Assembly: GCF_001949145.1 (NCBI RefSeq)
Contig: NW_019091360.1
Span: forward strand, 3,949,816-4,013,815
Origin: Acanthaster planci
Taxonomy: Eukaryota
Length of the DNA stretch: 64,000 bases
Reading direction: 5' to 3'
Shown here: piece after piece, positions 63,471-64,000 of the stretch
Position numbering within the stretch: the stretch's first letter is position 1
Layout of the letters: each line of letters starts with the position of its first letter
Made by a program: the position numbers and the translations under genes
Notes under the pieces: generated by a model
What the model saw: only the letters and a program-made list of their open reading frames with translations
Databases searched by the model: none
What the model was told of the DNA's origin: nothing

Positions 63471-64000
63471 AACATACACATACAGTATTGTACTGTACTG
63501 CTGATGCCAACATTGAATGATTTTGGGCAAGTTGTGTATGTGGGGTCATTATTGTAAGCCTGGAACTGATGTTTACAAGTTATCAAATTCAGACGTCTTG
63601 TCTGAATGGAAGACTTGTCTTTCCAGTTGACAGAGCTGATTGTTAAGTCATTTTGTCTTGGAGTTGCCTCCACAAATGAGTTGCAGAGTTGAGTTGTCAG
63701 TACCTGTGAACTTTCCATTGGCTCATATTACATGTGTAACATGTGAAATTGAATAGGCACATTGAAAACGTAATAATCATAAAACAAAATGTTCATGCAG
63801 ACTGTGACATAAAAAAAATAGTTTGTTACTTTAACAGAATATAAAGTGCTTTTCCTGGCCATTCAAGTGAAAGGCTGTCCACCTTTTTTACTGCCAATGT
63901 GTCATTCCCTTGTGTCATTGCAGGATTTTGTTTTCTGGTGTTTAGATTTGTTTGGTTTTCTGGTCAAAAGTCAAGCCCACTGAACGGTTGTCAAGGCGTG

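Overview
Eukaryotic (invertebrate animal-like, AT-rich, intron-rich) genomic DNA with two assembly gaps (4017-4085, 49315-49631). Most of the window is one + strand gene of the obscurin/UNC-89/SPEG dual-kinase family. I rebuilt it by hand as 24 phase-consistent GT-AG exons from ATG 5854 to stop 58462 (5586 nt, about 1861 aa with the shortest inter-kinase linker). Architecture: Ig x5 - Fn3 - Ig x2 - kinase 1 - MLCK-type calmodulin-binding segment - linker - Ig - Fn3 - kinase 2. Most notable points: (i) the inter-kinase exon has several in-phase donors, and reading through them gives a roughly 800-aa ORF (across a gap) ending in a hydrophobic C-terminal helix, a candidate membrane tail-anchored single-kinase isoform; (ii) a 7.7-kb U12-type minor-spliceosome intron inside kinase 1, with a second, proximal U12-like acceptor; (iii) three intron positions shared between the two kinase domains; (iv) a disabled, intron-containing duplicate of part of kinase 2 lying 4.5 kb downstream, next to a CpG-rich promoter-like region. 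Introns and flanks carry decayed L2/CR1 LINEs, an SGNH-hydrolase retroelement remnant, several MITE families (Harbinger-like, Tc1/pogo-like, piggyBac-like, hAT-like; some nested), hairpins and a palindromic minisatellite. No database search or RNA evidence was available; family names come from motif recognition.
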